Assembly (NCBI GenBank): GCA_017481235.1
Contig: JAFUPL010000006.1
Location: 2,591 to 66,590, forward strand
Direction: 5' to 3'
DNA from: Clostridia bacterium
GTDB lineage: Bacteria > Bacillota > Clostridia > Christensenellales > UBA1242
Length of the DNA: 64,000 bases
Shown here: positions 1-9,005 of the stretch, one piece after another
Layout of the letters: each line of letters opens with the position of its first letter
How positions within the stretch are numbered: the stretch's first letter is position 1
Notes under the pieces: generated by a model
What the model was told of the DNA's origin: nothing
Seen by the model: the letters and a program-made list of their open reading frames with translations, nothing else
Database searches by the model: none
Translations under genes and position numbers: made by a program

Positions 1-995
1 TAACCTTCATAAATGCTTCTGCCTGTAATGGTTTCAAGGTTGCTATTTGGTTTTACAGTTTTTACAACTCTTTTAACTGCGCCATTTGTTCCAGCACAAT
101 CAAGTTCTAATTTTGCTGTATATCCATTTTTATTATCAACTTCTAAAAGTTTGATATATGGTTTGTTAAAATCGTCAACAAGATTATTATTTACAACGCA
201 GATTTGCTTAACAATGTGCATATTATAAGCATCAACAGGCGTTAATCTATAAACTGTATTTATTTTTTGTCTGTGGGTAGCAGAATATCTTAACTCAAAC
301 AAAGGATTTAAACTTGTTATTGCTTCTCTTGCTTTTACTGTATTATCAACACTTTGTGGCTCATCAATGATTATAATAGGACGACATTCTCTTAAAAACT
401 CTTTTGCTGATTTTGCCATAGTATCACTTACTTGGTTAAATAAGTTTTCGTTCTTTTTGAAAGCGTCAATATTTACAATCATAACTTCTAAATTGTTTGA
501 TAATGCAAAATCTCTAACTTCGTGTCTTTTAGCAGAATTATAGATAAACGGTTTTACTGTTGTCCCTTCGTATTCTTGCTTAAAATAATCACGAGTGGTT
601 TGCATAGATTTATAAACACCTTCACGAATAGCAACGCTTGGAACAACTATCACAAATTTGTTAAATCCATATTGTTTATGTAGTTCTAAAATGGTTTTAG
701 TATAAACAAATGTTTTTCCCGTTCCTGTTTCCATTTCAATATTAAATCTTAACTCTTGCAAATCGGTTAAAGGCAATAGGTTTCTATCTTGAACAACTTT
801 TAAATTTTCTTGTATTTGCTCCATAGATAAATCTAAATTATTTGCATATCCCAATAATTCATCGTGAGAAATATCCACAAGGTCCATTTTTTGCACTGAA
901 AAAGTTGACGGTGCACTTGCACAGCCTCTAAACAAATCCACAACGCTCATTACTGCATTGTCTTGAAATTCTTGCTTTTTAAATTTTAATTTCAT
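1..995 (-). CDS. res: Type III restriction endonuclease Res subunit, N-terminal ~331 aa (gene continues past left edge)
   Basis: Absent from ORF track because there is no stop in the window. Manual translation from ATG at 993-995 gives MKLKFKKQEFQDNAV... Helicase motif I is EMETGTGKT and motif II is IIIDEPQ. AAGGA SD lies upstream. Confidence 0.85.
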   Translation of the reverse strand, partial: MKLKFKKQEFQDNAVMSVVDLFRGCASAPSTFSVQKMDLVDISHDELLGYANNLDLSMEQIQENLKVVQDRNLLPLTDLQELRFNIEMETGTGKTFVYTKTILELHKQYGFNKFVIVVPSVAIREGVYKSMQTTRDYFKQEYEGTTVKPFIYNSAKRHEVRDFALSNNLEVMIVNIDAFKKNENLFNQVSDTMAKSAKEFLRECRPIIIIDEPQSVDNTVKAREAITSLNPLFELRYSATHRQKINTVYRLTPVDAYNMHIVKQICVVNNNLVDDFNKPYIKLLEVDNKNGYTAKLELDCAGTNGAVKRVVKTVKPNSNLETITGRSIYEG

Positions 996-1006
996 TTTCT
1001 TTTTCC

Positions 1007-1348
1007 TTAATAACTTAAAAATTCAATTTGAATTCTTTTATTACATCTATTCCATTCTTCTATTAATTCATTTTTATGAGATAAAGTCCACTTGTTTACT
1101 TCTTCCAAAGTTTTACGGTTTAACTTATTATTTCTATCTACAATTTCCCAATTATCTATGTAAATCTCACCAATTTTATGATTGTTTAAGGTTATATGAG
1201 CATGTGGTCTGCTATGTTTTGCATTATCTTCATTATAAACATAAATGCTTAAAACACTATTAAATCTTTGAACCCTGTCTCTTTGCTCAATAACCCTAAA
1301 TCCATATAGATTTGAAAGTTTATGTAATAAATTAAAACTAACAAACAT
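1007..1348 (-). CDS. DUF4160 family small protein
   Basis: 113 aa. The core YVYNEDNAKHSRPHAHI is typical of DUF4160. Its start overlaps the mod stop (TAATG). Confidence 0.7.
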   Translation of the reverse strand: MFVSFNLLHKLSNLYGFRVIEQRDRVQRFNSVLSIYVYNEDNAKHSRPHAHITLNNHKIGEIYIDNWEIVDRNNKLNRKTLEEVNKWTLSHKNELIEEWNRCNKRIQIEFLSY

Positions 1349-3276
1349 TAGAATAACCTCATTTCTTTGTTTTTAGCTTTTAATATTTCTTGTGCATTAA
1401 TTAAAAGGTTATCATCAGAGAAACATCTGTCTGCAAATAGGTAAGTGCCAACACTTTCATTTGCAAATTCTTCTATATCTTCAAGTTTTAAATTCATTTG
1501 TGAACAAATTAAAAGTTTGTATTCTTCGCCATTTACTATATAAGCTTTTTCATTTGCTGTTTTAGTAATAGGTAATGTTAAGTCAATGCCATATTTAAGC
1601 ATTATTTCATAAACTAAATCTAATTCAGTTCTATCATTTTCAAGATAATCTAAACTAATTTGTATTCTTTTTGCAACCTCATCTGCATCTTTTGTTGGAG
1701 TGTTGTTCCATTTTTTAAGGTTAGAAGAATCAAGTTTGAAAACTTTAAAACCGATATCTAAATTATCTAAATATTGCTCATTAGGAGCTTCAACTTTAAT
1801 TGCAAATTTATCATCAAAATCGCCATTATCCAATACTTTTCTTTGCATTAATTTATTCTTATCAATATTAATTTTAATATTTCTGTTATTTTTAATTTGT
1901 TCGCCTGCTCTACGAATTCTCTCCTTGCCTATTTCACATAAAGTTGTAAATCCCAATTTTCTAGCTTCTGATGTTTCTTCTGTCATTTCTGGCAACTGAA
2001 CACAAATAAACTTTCTATGGGTTCCTTTTTTTGCATTAAGGTCAATAACTGAATGTGCAGTTGTTGCTGAGCCTGAAAAGAAGTCCAAAATAATAGAATC
2101 ATCTTGAGAACCAATTTCTGCAAGTCTTCCTATCAAAGCACTTGGCTTTGGATATGAGAACACATCACGGCTACCAAAAAATTCTCTCATTTCAATAGAA
2201 CCTGCTTTAGTTGTTCCGTGTTCCTGACCAATTATATTTGATGGTTTTTGTCCTTGCAACTCATCTTTCAAGAAAGATTTAATATATGGAACCTTTCTTT
2301 TCCCAACAAAAACTTTGCCAATTTTAATCCATTCATCAATACTTTTTTGTGGTGCATACGAAGGCCATTCTATTACAGAGCCATCTTTCAATGGAATATT
2401 TACAGTATAATCTTTTTGTTTGCTTAAATTAACAAGTTGAAACAACTCTCCCTTATTTATTTCTTCAATTATTCCTGATACTAAATTTTCTTCTGGTAAT
2501 TCTTTTATATGTCTTGAAGTGTCTTTTTCATCTAAATTGATAATGTTAGATGCAGAAAAGTTTTTACAATAACAAAGAATATTATCATAATGGCTTCTTA
2601 AGATAGAAGAATCGTTGCCACCTTCTTTTCCTTTTTCCCATACAAATTTAGTAATAAAATTATTTTCACCAAAAATCTCATCACAAATCTTCTTTAAATT
2701 ATACACTTCATGGTCATCTATAGAAATAAATATAACACCATTTTCTGTAAGCAAATTTCTTGCCAACTTCAATCTTGGATACATCATATTTAGCCAATTA
2801 GTGTGATAACGACCATCAGTGTCAGCGTTTGACTTTTGTGCCTGTCCTGTAACTTCCTTATAATTAGCAATATTGTCTTCAAAGTTGTCTTTGTAAACAA
2901 AGTCGTGTCCTGTGTTATAAGGTGGATCTATGTAAATCATTTTAATCCTACCATTATAAGAAGATTGCAAAAGTTTAAGGACTTCTAAATTATCTCCTTC
3001 AATGTAGATATTTTTAGTTGTATCCCAATTTTTACTTTCTTCTATGCAAGGACGAAGTGTGCCTGTTGAACGCTTTTGAGCAAGTTTTGTTGCTTCGGTT
3101 TTTCCATTCCAAACAAAAGAATATTGTTCTTTATTGTTGTTAATATCTTCGCCAAGAATTAATTGCAATTCCTCAAAGTCAATTTTATCTTCTTTAACAA
3201 TGGTAGGAAACAACTCTTTAAGTTTTTCAATGTTTTCTTTAACTAAATCTTTAGTCATTCCATCTAATTTTTCCAT
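1348..3276 (-). CDS. mod: Type III R-M DNA methyltransferase Mod (N6-adenine/N4-cytosine, beta class)
   Basis: 642 aa. Catalytic IYIDPPYNTG lies N-terminal to the AdoMet motif LDFFSGSATT. AAGGAG SD is 7 nt upstream. Confidence 0.9.
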   Translation of the reverse strand: MEKLDGMTKDLVKENIEKLKELFPTIVKEDKIDFEELQLILGEDINNNKEQYSFVWNGKTEATKLAQKRSTGTLRPCIEESKNWDTTKNIYIEGDNLEVLKLLQSSYNGRIKMIYIDPPYNTGHDFVYKDNFEDNIANYKEVTGQAQKSNADTDGRYHTNWLNMMYPRLKLARNLLTENGVIFISIDDHEVYNLKKICDEIFGENNFITKFVWEKGKEGGNDSSILRSHYDNILCYCKNFSASNIINLDEKDTSRHIKELPEENLVSGIIEEINKGELFQLVNLSKQKDYTVNIPLKDGSVIEWPSYAPQKSIDEWIKIGKVFVGKRKVPYIKSFLKDELQGQKPSNIIGQEHGTTKAGSIEMREFFGSRDVFSYPKPSALIGRLAEIGSQDDSIILDFFSGSATTAHSVIDLNAKKGTHRKFICVQLPEMTEETSEARKLGFTTLCEIGKERIRRAGEQIKNNRNIKINIDKNKLMQRKVLDNGDFDDKFAIKVEAPNEQYLDNLDIGFKVFKLDSSNLKKWNNTPTKDADEVAKRIQISLDYLENDRTELDLVYEIMLKYGIDLTLPITKTANEKAYIVNGEEYKLLICSQMNLKLEDIEEFANESVGTYLFADRCFSDDNLLINAQEILKAKNKEMRLF

Positions 3277-3287
3277 TTAATAACTCC

Positions 3288-3974
3288 TTATTTTAAATCG
3301 TCTGACATTTTTGTTCTTGTTAGATTTATAATTTCTTTATCTTTCGGTTTCTTTTTTTCTTCCACATTTATACCTAAAATCAAGTATATAATACATTCTC
3401 TTACTATTTTCATTAAATCAAATGTGTATTTAAAAAGTTCATACTGTGAAATAAAAATTTCATTTTCGTTAATTTTTATATTGTCAGTATTAATAGTTGT
3501 AACGACAAGCCTATGTTCTAAATAATTTCTTAATTTTGCATAATTTTTAGATTTGTATTTTGTTGTTTGATATTTGTCTTCAAATATATCTTTTGAGCTC
3601 CAATATAATCCATTTATCATTAAATTGTTTTTTGCAACTTCTTTTATGACTTTGTTTTCCATAACTTTTCTAAAAGAAACATCTGTCAAATCCAAATTGA
3701 GATTAAAGTATTGATTTACAAAATATGCTATTCTATCTAAAATTGAATAAAAATCTTTAAAACAACATCTTGTAAGATTTTCATAATAATTGCAACTCAT
3801 TAAATTATTTGTTAATTCATATAATTCCACATCTTTATCGGCAATATGATTTTTTCGTTCTATATAATTCAATGACTCAAAAAGTCTATATCTTGCCGAA
3901 ACATATTCTTGTTTTATCTGATTCATTATAGCACAATCAAATTCATCTCGTGTATTATCAATATTATATAACAT
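3288..3974 (-). CDS. HEPN-domain portion (LA2681/Abi-like) of an interrupted gene
   Basis: 228-aa ORF with an Rx4H motif (KLRNYLEHR). No SD precedes its ATG. The 92 codons upstream are open in the same frame. Confidence 0.6.
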   Translation of the reverse strand: MLYNIDNTRDEFDCAIMNQIKQEYVSARYRLFESLNYIERKNHIADKDVELYELTNNLMSCNYYENLTRCCFKDFYSILDRIAYFVNQYFNLNLDLTDVSFRKVMENKVIKEVAKNNLMINGLYWSSKDIFEDKYQTTKYKSKNYAKLRNYLEHRLVVTTINTDNIKINENEIFISQYELFKYTFDLMKIVRECIIYLILGINVEEKKKPKDKEIINLTRTKMSDDLK

Positions 3975-4250
3975 AGATGGTAAGTGTAGGAAATCGTAAG
4001 CAACAAATGAGTCTTTATATATATCATTTAAGACATTAAGATATAAGCCATTTTCTGCAAGCCATTTTCTATAAATTTTTTCGGTTTTAGATTTTCCCCA
4101 ATTATATTTTTTAAACTTGTTTTTTGAGTTTAGATATTCAATTCTAACGATTTGCTCTATTCTTTTTAATTCATTTTCAAAAACCTCATCTGCTCCATGT
4201 AACTTTAAATAATCTTTACTTTTTAACGCATCTTTTATCTGCTTATATCC

Positions 4251-4724
4251 TTACTTGAATAGTAATCCTTTATGGACTTCATCGTATTGAACAGGTGCAA
4301 AATGAGATAATGTAACACCCAAATTGCCTTGCGACATAGGGAAATATTTAATCTTGTTATACATTTCTATCGCTTTAATAGTTCTTCCACAACTTCTACA
4401 AGCATTTGCATAGTTAGTCAATAATTGCTCATATAGTGCTTTGGGTGGTTCATTTCCCATATTGTCAAAAGCATAGTCAAAATAATAAAGTGCTTTTTCT
4501 AAATATTTTTCAAAATCAAATTTAGGATTGTCTTTATTAAGTGTTATTACATCTTCAAATGAAGTTCCAATAGAATAAGCAAGTTGTGCTTTTTTAATTA
4601 ATTCAATGTCTTCATTTAAAAAATTTTTAATTGAGTTAATATGAGAAAGAATTGCAGTTGCATCTTTTTTTTCAAATAATTCATCTGACTTTTTTAAAAT
4701 TGCATCTAAATCAAACTTTTTCAT
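4251..4724 (-). CDS. N-terminal helical-repeat (TPR-like) portion of the interrupted HEPN gene
   Basis: 157-aa ORF. A GAGG SD sits inside the SNF2 3' end, with a 2-nt gap to the SNF2 stop. It ends at TAA 4251-4253. Confidence 0.55.
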   Translation of the reverse strand: MKKFDLDAILKKSDELFEKKDATAILSHINSIKNFLNEDIELIKKAQLAYSIGTSFEDVITLNKDNPKFDFEKYLEKALYYFDYAFDNMGNEPPKALYEQLLTNYANACRSCGRTIKAIEMYNKIKYFPMSQGNLGVTLSHFAPVQYDEVHKGLLFK

Positions 4725-4726
4725 CT

Positions 4727-7336
4727 TTACCTCACTTCAAAGTATATCATAAAACTGTCGGATTTTGTATTGGTTAAAGCAGATTTGTTATAAATTTCAT
4801 CAATTTTTTGTTTTGTTTCACGATTTATCTTTGACTTTTTAATAAATTCGTTGTCTTTTAGCTCAAAAAGTTGTTCTGAAAGCTCATTTATTTTCTGATT
4901 TTTTGCAAGTCCTTCACCAAAGGAATCTGTTGCTGATATGCTTTTCACTCGTTCTATTTCTCTTTGTAAATCTTTTATTTCTTTTTCAAGTTTTGATTTT
5001 TCTTTTTCTGCTAACATTTGTATGTGTGAAATAGGAAGTTTTGCATCTTTGTCTAATTCCAATATTAAAGGTTCTGTTATAATAGGTATTAAGCTTTCAA
5101 AATGATTGGTTAATGTTTCTTTAACTTTTTCTTCTATAAAATAATCTTCTTCAAAATCCATACACTTTAATGATAAAATTTCATCGCAAGTTGAATGGTT
5201 TAAATATTCATTATTATCAGTTAATCCAACACAATAAAGTTGACTAAAATGGTCAAATCCACTGGATAAGTTCAGTTTGAATGCCGAAATATATCCTTTT
5301 AATCCTTTTAGTTTTTCATTATCACTTTTTAAAATAAGTTTGTGTGGTTTTAATTTGTAGGAATATTCAAAATCTGAAATCATTTTTTGACAAGGTTCAG
5401 AGCCAATAGTAAATGGTTTGTAATTTTCATCATTTATAAGCGAGTATTTAAAAGGATAAGCATAAGGATTTTTATCGTGCCAAGCAGTTTTAAATTCAAA
5501 AGTGTTTTCATCTATAAACTTGTCTTTATAAAAATATCTTGCCAATTCTTTGATAGTGCCATCAAGTTCTGCAACTTTTCTTTTAATAATTTCAGCCATA
5601 TTTTTAGTTTTTTCAACCAGTTTTTTATCAAAAGTGTTAAAAAGAATATCATTTGACTGTGCTTTAATACTTTCTAATTCTTCTTTAAATTCTTCAGAAA
5701 GTTCAGTAAAATCTATTTGCACTTCTTTTTTCTTTCTAACATTTTCTAATGTATCTTTAATGTTGGTTTCAATGTCGCCATCAATAGCACCTGAAATAAT
5801 AGTATCACTTGCTCCAATAATGTTGTTAGAAATATTAAGTCGTTTATAAAACAATTCATACATTCTAACATCTGAAAAGTTTTCAGGACAAATAAAGTTA
5901 ATCACAAAAACATCGGTTGCTTGCCCAATTCTATGACAACGAGATATACGCTGTTCCATATCAAGTAACACTTGTGGGAAATCATAGTTAATAACAAAAG
6001 AAGATATTTGCCAGTTTAAGCTTTCATTGCCTTTATCTGTTGAAATTAAAATACTTGTTTTTTCACTTCTAACAAACTTGTTTATAGGTTCATTGTCGGT
6101 TGTTCCATTAAAAGAATTTACCGAATAATCTGTATGTTGCATTAAAAGTTTATGGATATGTTCTTGTGATTGAGTGTTACCAGTAAATATAACACATTTT
6201 TTAGCAATACCTTTTTTATGAAAAGACGAAAAAGTTTGTTGTAATGCTTTTATTAACATTTCATCTTTTTGATTAATTGTTATTGAAGATGCTAAATCTA
6301 ACATCTCTTTAATTTCTTTTGCTTCTTTTAAGTTTTCTTCGGTTGCTTGTCTATTTAATCTTACATATATTCCACTTAAAGTTTTAGAAAGTGCATAAGC
6401 AGAAGACGACAAAGTTCCATAAAACATTAAAGATAGTTCATAGGGGTTCATTTCAGGGAATGCTTGTTTTGTAGATTTAGCAACATATTTTTCAATTAAA
6501 GAGTATAACTGCTTTTCTTTTTCGGTCATTTTATAAATTTGAGTTAAAATTTGTCTTTCAGGTAGTTTTGTTTCAACTTTAACTTGACTTCTTAGTGTTC
6601 TAAAAGTATATGGAGCAATAATATCTCTTAACTCTGGGTAGTTTTCAGGTTTTCTAAAATATCTCTTATGAAATTCCTCGTAATCTGTAAAAATATTGTC
6701 ATCTATAAAGTTGATAAGCCCAAAAATATCATCTTCATTCTTTTGAATTGGTGTAGCAGTAAGCAAGATTTTCTTTGCATTCGGTATTATAGACAATACA
6801 GTGTCGGCAGTTTTATTTTCTTTAATTTTGTAAGTTCTAAATCTATGTGCTTCATCTAAAATACATAGTTGCCAATCTTTTTCTTTAAGTTTATCGGCAT
6901 TACTTATAACAGAATCATAAGTCGTTAAAACAATCCCGCTATCAAAACGAGAAAAATCAGTTGTGTAATTATCTGATATAGGCCTTTCAACATTATCTAA
7001 AACACAGCATCTAAAATCAAAAGTTCTAACAATACTTTGTAGCCAATTATCAATAGTTGGCGAAGGAACAATAACCAAACAATTACTTTTCCTTTTTCTA
7101 TATTGAGCTAAAATTAAAAGTGCTTCCATTGTTTTTCCAAGCCCAGCTTCGTCTGCTAAAATAAAACCTTTAACAAATGGGTTTGAAATAGCAAAGGTTG
7201 ACGCATAAATTTGATGTGAAAAAATATCTATACCACTTCTTAAATATTGTGATATTAAGTTTTCCATTTTTCCTATGCGTAAATCCTCGTTAATCTTATT
7301 TACGAGATAGTAAGCTTGAATCCTGTTATTTATCAT
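4727..7336 (-). CDS. SNF2/RAD54-family helicase with ~350-aa uncharacterised C-terminal extension
   Basis: Motif I ADEAGLGKT, motif II LDEAHRF, motif VI QRISRCHRIGQ. Start is placed at M79 of the track ORF (ATG 7334-7336), downstream of the promoter. M102 (7267) is an alternative start. Confidence 0.85.
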   Translation of the reverse strand: MINNRIQAYYLVNKINEDLRIGKMENLISQYLRSGIDIFSHQIYASTFAISNPFVKGFILADEAGLGKTMEALLILAQYRKRKSNCLVIVPSPTIDNWLQSIVRTFDFRCCVLDNVERPISDNYTTDFSRFDSGIVLTTYDSVISNADKLKEKDWQLCILDEAHRFRTYKIKENKTADTVLSIIPNAKKILLTATPIQKNEDDIFGLINFIDDNIFTDYEEFHKRYFRKPENYPELRDIIAPYTFRTLRSQVKVETKLPERQILTQIYKMTEKEKQLYSLIEKYVAKSTKQAFPEMNPYELSLMFYGTLSSSAYALSKTLSGIYVRLNRQATEENLKEAKEIKEMLDLASSITINQKDEMLIKALQQTFSSFHKKGIAKKCVIFTGNTQSQEHIHKLLMQHTDYSVNSFNGTTDNEPINKFVRSEKTSILISTDKGNESLNWQISSFVINYDFPQVLLDMEQRISRCHRIGQATDVFVINFICPENFSDVRMYELFYKRLNISNNIIGASDTIISGAIDGDIETNIKDTLENVRKKKEVQIDFTELSEEFKEELESIKAQSNDILFNTFDKKLVEKTKNMAEIIKRKVAELDGTIKELARYFYKDKFIDENTFEFKTAWHDKNPYAYPFKYSLINDENYKPFTIGSEPCQKMISDFEYSYKLKPHKLILKSDNEKLKGLKGYISAFKLNLSSGFDHFSQLYCVGLTDNNEYLNHSTCDEILSLKCMDFEEDYFIEEKVKETLTNHFESLIPIITEPLILELDKDAKLPISHIQMLAEKEKSKLEKEIKDLQREIERVKSISATDSFGEGLAKNQKINELSEQLFELKDNEFIKKSKINRETKQKIDEIYNKSALTNTKSDSFMIYFEVR

Positions 7337-7366
7337 TTGAAAACCTTTTGTAAAAAATATATCAGT

Positions 7367-7375
7367 ATTATAACA
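7367..7375 (-). promoter_or_regulatory. Extended -10 promoter candidate (TGTTATAAT) for the SNF2-HEPN-mod-res cassette
   Basis: The reverse complement of 7367-7375 reads TGTTATAAT, about 30 nt upstream of ATG 7336. Confidence 0.4.
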
Positions 7376-7438
7376 TATAATTCTAATATTTGTTGTGTTT
7401 TGCGTAAATTTTAATAATAATTTTATCAATTTGAGATC

Positions 7439-7498
7439 GTGGCGTGTGCTTGTCTTGAACAAGTGCCTCGCTTCGCTCGGCAGACAAGCACACGCCAC
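7439..7498. repeat. Perfect 17-bp GC-rich inverted repeat with 26-nt loop
   Basis: GTGGCGTGTGCTTGTCT (7439-7455) pairs with AGACAAGCACACGCCAC (7482-7498). It stands out against AT-rich surroundings. Confidence 0.9.
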
Positions 7499-7529
7499 TA
7501 AACAATTAAAAGTGAAATTAAAGCAAAGG

Positions 7530-7596
7530 AATCGGCAACAAAATTGGGTTTGCACGCAGGCTTTCTGCAAAACCCAATTTTTTTATGTTGCCGATT
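7530..7596 (-). terminator. Long nested hairpin immediately after the Rep stop
   Basis: AATCGGCAACA/TGTTGCCGATT and AAATTGGGTTTGCA/TGCAAAACCCAATTT arms with flanking T-runs. It starts 3 nt past the Rep stop. Confidence 0.6.
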
Positions 7597-7598
7597 GA

Positions 7599-8630
7599 CT
7601 AATTGCACTTTCTCATTTGAGCAATTACTTTTGGACTAACTTTACCCATAAGGCAACCTTCGTCCCAGCAAGTAAAATCATCAAATAGCAATAGTTTTTT
7701 ATCTTCTTGACCTATGGTGCAGACAATATCTTCGTCCATAATGTCTGATATGAAGTATTGATATAGCCCTTTGCTATAAACAATCTTTTCTTCTGTTTTT
7801 TCCAAATACTTAACAATGTAAGATATTTCTTTATATAAATCTTCTTTGCTTACTATTTTTTCAAAATCTGACCGACCAAATCTTTCATTGAAATAGCTGT
7901 TTTGTATTGTTTTTGTTCTTCTATGAGAATTAATGTTGTAGTCGCTATGTTCAAACAATTCACCAACCATTGCTTTATCTGGTATTTCAAATAATCCGTG
8001 AAAGTGAAGGCGTTTTGTTTCAGGTGCACGCTCCCAAACACCCATATATTTCCAATCGTTTCTATAACACAAATTACGAAAACAAGTTTTAAGTTTCTTT
8101 TTAAAAGATTCTTCTGTATGTTTCTTGTCATCATAAGTAAAAGTGCAAAAATAATTGAAGTTAACTAAATTTGCTTTTCTAACCATTCGGACTCTGCGAC
8201 AAATTAAGTTTCGCAGTTTTCTATCAAAATTTGTATTTACAAAACTTACACATAATTCCTTGTTTTCAAAATATGGGAGCATATCTTGAATAATAAGCTT
8301 TTTGCGTTCTTTTTTCTTGTAATCAATATATTTGATATATAACTCATTAAACAATTCTTTTTTAGTCATTTGACGAGCTGTTTTAGGTTTCGTTTCTTGC
8401 TTTTTAGTTTCTTCTTCAATTATTTCAGTATTTTCAATTTCTTCAATATTTTCTTCGTTATCAAGTGAAATAGAGGGCTCTACATTTTCAGCAGAGTCCT
8501 TTACTTCATCTTGAATAACAGTTATAGTTTCTTCCAATTTATATGGACGCTTTTTTGATGGTCTTGTAGTATGGGGAATAGCAATGTAATGACTTCCATC
8601 AAAATAAACTTTTGTTTCTCCAAACGGCAT
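7599..8630 (-). CDS. Rolling-circle replication initiator (HUH endonuclease, two-Tyr type)
   Basis: 343 aa. HUH motif is RLHFHGLF and the YxxKY motif is SYIVKYLEK, as in phiX gpA-type Reps. Confidence 0.75.
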   Translation of the reverse strand: MPFGETKVYFDGSHYIAIPHTTRPSKKRPYKLEETITVIQDEVKDSAENVEPSISLDNEENIEEIENTEIIEEETKKQETKPKTARQMTKKELFNELYIKYIDYKKKERKKLIIQDMLPYFENKELCVSFVNTNFDRKLRNLICRRVRMVRKANLVNFNYFCTFTYDDKKHTEESFKKKLKTCFRNLCYRNDWKYMGVWERAPETKRLHFHGLFEIPDKAMVGELFEHSDYNINSHRRTKTIQNSYFNERFGRSDFEKIVSKEDLYKEISYIVKYLEKTEEKIVYSKGLYQYFISDIMDEDIVCTIGQEDKKLLLFDDFTCWDEGCLMGKVSPKVIAQMRKCN

Positions 8631-8666
8631 ATTTGCTCCTTCATATATGCACGCTGACTTTTGGAT

Positions 8667-9005
8667 TTAACTGTTATTATTGTTAGAGTCAGCGCTTGTT
8701 TTTTCGCTAACTTTCTTTTTAAATAACTTGCTAAATATACCTTTCTTTCTTGGGTTGCCTAATTTTAATAATCTTTTTTGCTCTTTATTTTTAGCTTTAA
8801 CTTTCTTTCTAAATTGTCTTTGATATTTTCTATCTTCTTTGTCTATTCTTTTAAATGCTTTCTTCATATTTTTGAATATATACTTGCTAATCTTCTTATT
8901 AAACTTTTCTGGAACAAAATCGTTAGTGTCTAATGTGTGAGAAAAGGTATCATAATATTTGTCTAATGTCTGATTAATAAGAACATTTTTATTAAAATTT
9001 ATCAT
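8667..9005 (-). CDS. Small lysine-rich basic protein (phage module)
   Basis: Start moved to ATG 9003-9005, which has an AAAGGAG SD. It overlaps the Zot-like gene end by 14 nt. Confidence 0.5.
   Translation of the reverse strand: MINFNKNVLINQTLDKYYDTFSHTLDTNDFVPEKFNKKISKYIFKNMKKAFKRIDKEDRKYQRQFRKKVKAKNKEQKRLLKLGNPRKKGIFSKLFKKKVSEKTSADSNNNNS

Larger units (their letters stand above)
3288..4724 (-). pseudogene. TPR-HEPN gene (~478 codons) interrupted by one in-frame TAA at 4251-4253
   Basis: 4250 to 3975 is exactly 92 sense codons (GYKQIKDALKSKDYLKLHGADEV...). They join the two ORFs in one frame. Confidence 0.55.

Noticed and set aside
7337-7570. The track ORF extends the SNF2 helicase 78 codons upstream (MQKACVQTQFCC...).
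   Set aside because: The extension translates straight through the 17-bp GC-rich hairpin and the promoter-like TGTTATAAT, and it is Cys/Phe-rich nonsense. The helicase core aligns from M79 or M102.
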